Shown: piece after piece, positions 33,140 through 35,392 of the stretch
How the letters are laid out: each line of letters begins with the position of its first letter
Position numbering within the stretch: the first letter of the stretch is position 1
Assembly (NCBI GenBank): GCA_964608955.1
Contig: CAZSQC010000004.1
Coordinates: forward strand, 1-35,392
Origin: an uncultured Planctomycetales bacterium
Lineage (GTDB): Bacteria; Omnitrophota; Gorgyraeia; Gygaellales; Profunditerraquicolaceae
Direction of reading: 5' to 3'
Length of the DNA: 35,392 nucleotides
The notes under the pieces: generated by a model
What the model was told of the DNA's origin: nothing
The model's input: the letters and a program-made list of their open reading frames with translations, nothing else
The model's database searches: none
Position numbers and translations under genes: made by a program

Positions 33140-33967
33140 ATGATAACAAGCATGACAGGCTTTGGGAGCTTTGAGGTTGAAACTCCAAAGCACGGAAAGA
33201 TTTATGTGGAGTTAAGGAGCACGAATCATAAATTCCTTGAGACCAGTTTGCATTTACCGGAAGGATCGCTTTCTCTGGAAGAGAGAGTCAAGAAAATTAT
33301 AGAAAAAAAGATAAAAAGGGGCAGGGTAACTTGCGTTGTCAATCTTGGTGGGCAGAGGTCAGGGGCAGCTTTTATAAATAAAACGCTTCTTAAGAAGTAT
33401 ATTGAAAAGATAGACTCCATAAGAGGCGAATTCAAGCTAAAAGAAAAACTTGGCATAAATGAGCTCATACGTCTTCCCGGTGTTTTGACATTCGAAGAAG
33501 AGAGAGTAACCCCGGAGCATTTGTGGCCCAGCCTTAACAAGGCGCTTAGTATGGCGGTAAGCGATTTGGTTAAGGCCCGGAAAAAAGAAGGGCTTGCACT
33601 GCAGGTTTACCTCAAAAAGTTGGCAGCACAGTTAAAGGGCGTGATCCTTAGCATAGATAAAATAATCAAGAGCTCTTTAAAACTGAAACTAAAGGAACTT
33701 ACTACAGACGAAGAAAGGGCAGTGTTTCTGAAAGAGACTGATACCCAGGAAGAAGTCGATAGGCTGAATTTCCACGTGGACAATTTTAAGAACAGGATTA
33801 ATTCCGGCGGAGCGGTAGGAAAAGAATTGGATTTTATAGCGCAGGAGATGCAGCGAGAAGCAAATACGCTGGGCGCGAAGACTTTCGATGTTAAGGTTTC
33901 TTCGCAGGTATTAAGGGCTAAAAGCTTAATTGAAAAAATACGCGAACAGGTACAGAATATAGAGTGA
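33140..33967 (+). CDS. yicC: YicC/YloC family endoribonuclease-like protein
   Basis: 275 aa with N-terminus MTGFG and the C-terminal motif ELDFIAQEMQREANTLGAK. It sits in the conserved position upstream of gmk and rpoZ. Confidence 0.85.
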   Translation: MITSMTGFGSFEVETPKHGKIYVELRSTNHKFLETSLHLPEGSLSLEERVKKIIEKKIKRGRVTCVVNLGGQRSGAAFINKTLLKKYIEKIDSIRGEFKLKEKLGINELIRLPGVLTFEEERVTPEHLWPSLNKALSMAVSDLVKARKKEGLALQVYLKKLAAQLKGVILSIDKIIKSSLKLKLKELTTDEERAVFLKETDTQEEVDRLNFHVDNFKNRINSGGAVGKELDFIAQEMQREANTLGAKTFDVKVSSQVLRAKSLIEKIREQVQNIE

Positions 33968-34560
33968 CGGAAAAACGCAGAAAAAATAAACGTGGCGGCA
34001 AAATTTTTGTGTTTTCGGGTCCTTCTGGCTCAGGGAAAACTACCCTGCGTGATTTAATCATAAAAGATCCGGCATTTAGCAGGAAATTCATGAAATCCGT
34101 TTCTTTTACGACCCGCACGAGGCGCAAAGGCGAAAAAGAAGGAGTAGATTATAATTTTATAACCAAAGATGAGTTTTTAAGGCTTAATAAGGCAGGAAAA
34201 ATTCTGGAGTGGACTAAATACCTGGAAAATTATTACGGCACATCCAGGGATTTCATATCGCAGAGTTTAAAAAATGGAAAAAGTATTATTCTCTGTCTTG
34301 ATTTTAAGGGTTTCTTAAATGTTAAGAGATTTTATAAAAAAAAAGCGGTAGGTATATTTGTATTGCCGCCTTCCATAAAAGAACTCCGTAAAAGAATTGT
34401 AAAACGTTCTCTGGGAACACTTGAAAATGAGCTAGGTAAAAGATTGTCTTTGGCGGTAAAAGAGATAAAAAATGCGCCCAAATACGATTATGCATTTAGG
34501 AATATTAACCTGAATAATTCTGTTAATAGGCTAAAGGGTATTATATTAAAAATTTTATAA
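33964..34560 (+). CDS. gmk: guanylate kinase
   Basis: 198 aa with P-loop FSGPSGSGKTTL, SFTTRTRRKGEKEGVDYNF and LEWTKYLENYYGTS. The GTG start overlaps the yicC stop. Confidence 0.9.
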   Translation: MTEKRRKNKRGGKIFVFSGPSGSGKTTLRDLIIKDPAFSRKFMKSVSFTTRTRRKGEKEGVDYNFITKDEFLRLNKAGKILEWTKYLENYYGTSRDFISQSLKNGKSIILCLDFKGFLNVKRFYKKKAVGIFVLPPSIKELRKRIVKRSLGTLENELGKRLSLAVKEIKNAPKYDYAFRNINLNNSVNRLKGIILKIL

Positions 34561-34575
34561 AAGGAGAAGGTACTT

Positions 34576-34785
34576 ATGGGATATATAGACAGAAGCAGGC
34601 TGTTGCCGAAAAGCGAAGGGTCCATTTATAAACTTGTTAACCTGGCGGCTAAAAGGGCATTGGAGATCGCAGAGGGCCAGCCAAAACTTGTAAACTTAGA
34701 TGCGTCTATTAAGCCTTCTACTATAGCCTTGCACGAGATAGCCGGCGGCAAGGTACAGGCGGCAAAGTCGAAGAAGAAAGATTAA
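34576..34785 (+). CDS. rpoZ: DNA-directed RNA polymerase subunit omega
   Basis: 69 aa with the omega core motif SIYKLVNLAAKRALEIAEG. The SD AAGGAGAAGG lies upstream, and the gene follows gmk as in many bacteria. Confidence 0.85.
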   Translation: MGYIDRSRLLPKSEGSIYKLVNLAAKRALEIAEGQPKLVNLDASIKPSTIALHEIAGGKVQAAKSKKKD

Positions 34786-34787
34786 AA

Positions 34788-35330
34788 GTGGAGAAAAAAC
34801 AGAAGAAAGTTGTATTAGGTGTCAGCGCAGGGATATCAATATATAAATCCTGTGATATTTTGAGAAGGCTCCAGGATGAAGGCTTTAGCGTAACGGTTAT
34901 AATGACGCGGGAGTCCCGGGAGTTAATCAGGCCTGTAGTTTTTGAAAGCCTCTCCAGAGAAAAGGTTTATTGCGAACTTTTTGATAGCCCGGGCGATTGG
35001 GACATTAAACATATTTCTCTGGCAAAGAAGGCGGATTTACTCTTGATTGCTCCGGCAACAGCTAATATAATAGCAAAGATCGCAAGCGGCATATGCGATG
35101 ATTTATTAACTTGTACTGTTTTGGCTACCAGTTCTCCGGTTCTGATAGCACCGGCGATGAACGAGAATATGTATAATAATAAAATCACGCAGGCAAATAT
35201 TGCCAGGCTCAAGGGTTTGGGTTTTATTTTCGTGGGGCCTGAAAAGGGAAGGCTTGCCTGCGGTGATATAGGAAACGGGTGCCTGGCTAAAACCGAAGAG
35301 ATAGTAAAGGCTGTAAAGAAAAACATTTGA
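34788..35330 (+). CDS. coaC: phosphopantothenoylcysteine decarboxylase (CoaC flavoprotein domain only)
   Basis: 180 aa with VLGVSAGISIYKSCDILRRL, IAPATANIIAKIASGICDDLLT and PAMNENMY. The ORF stops 8 nt before tRNA-Cys, so no CoaB domain is fused here. It has a GTG start. Confidence 0.85.
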   Translation: MEKKQKKVVLGVSAGISIYKSCDILRRLQDEGFSVTVIMTRESRELIRPVVFESLSREKVYCELFDSPGDWDIKHISLAKKADLLLIAPATANIIAKIASGICDDLLTCTVLATSSPVLIAPAMNENMYNNKITQANIARLKGLGFIFVGPEKGRLACGDIGNGCLAKTEEIVKAVKKNI

Positions 35331-35338
35331 TAATTTTT

Positions 35339-35392
35339 GGCGTGGTAGCCAAGTGGTAAGGCAACGGTCTGCAAAACCGTTATTCACCGGTC
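35339..35392 (+). tRNA. tRNA-Cys (anticodon GCA), 5' 54 nt; truncated by the window edge
   Basis: GGCGTGGTAGCCAAGTGGTAAGGCAACGGTCTGCAAAACCGTTATTCACCGGTC. The acceptor 5' arm is GGCGTGG and a D-arm is present. The anticodon stem ACGGT/ACCGT closes loop CTGCAAA. Confidence 0.8.

Noticed and set aside
34967-35387. Minus-strand ORFs of 135 aa and 93 aa overlapping coaC and the tRNA-Cys gene.
   Set aside because: They are antisense to a clear CoaC flavoprotein frame and run into a tRNA gene. They are shadow ORFs.

Overview
This window spans a bacterial chromosomal replication origin. Every gene left of about 28.4 kb is on the minus strand: dnaA, dnaN, a DUF721-like gene, gyrB, a membrane protein, gyrA, tRNA-Glu, glmS, rsmI, a 13.1-kb giant ORF, then pyrR, pyrB, pyrC and an EndoQ-like PHP gene. 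Every gene right of about 28.8 kb is on the plus strand: rpmH, yidD, yidC, a Jag_N-only gene, parA, parB, ndk, yicC, gmk, rpoZ, coaC and tRNA-Cys. The 422-bp divergent spacer between the two blocks carries DnaA boxes. Gene content (long YidC with a periplasmic domain, long GyrB) suggests a diderm bacterium, but I cannot name the lineage from sequence alone. I saw no CRISPR array, IS element, integrase or phage gene. The only non-housekeeping element is the 4358-aa ORF at 3977..17053 on the minus strand. It has an N-terminal signal peptide, two protein-kinase-like domains, a Fic-like domain with a degenerate catalytic motif and a PrmA-like SAM methyltransferase domain. It also has long unassignable helical stretches and four copies of an unassigned module (H-[DE]-x-x-E ... 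AH ... M-x-AEA) that separate the enzyme-like blocks. Two of those copies are a 503-bp perfect in-frame direct repeat 4743 bp apart. Fifteen codons after the first copy lies an in-frame Shine-Dalgarno, ATG and signal-anchor-like hydrophobic segment. I read the ORF as a candidate undescribed giant multi-effector protein, possibly formed by fusing two secreted proteins. All domain calls rest on motif recognition by eye and need HMM or structure searches. Other supported elements are a PyrR attenuator upstream of pyrR, a parS-like site between a promoter and parA, and a recurring extended -10 promoter motif TGTTATAxT.
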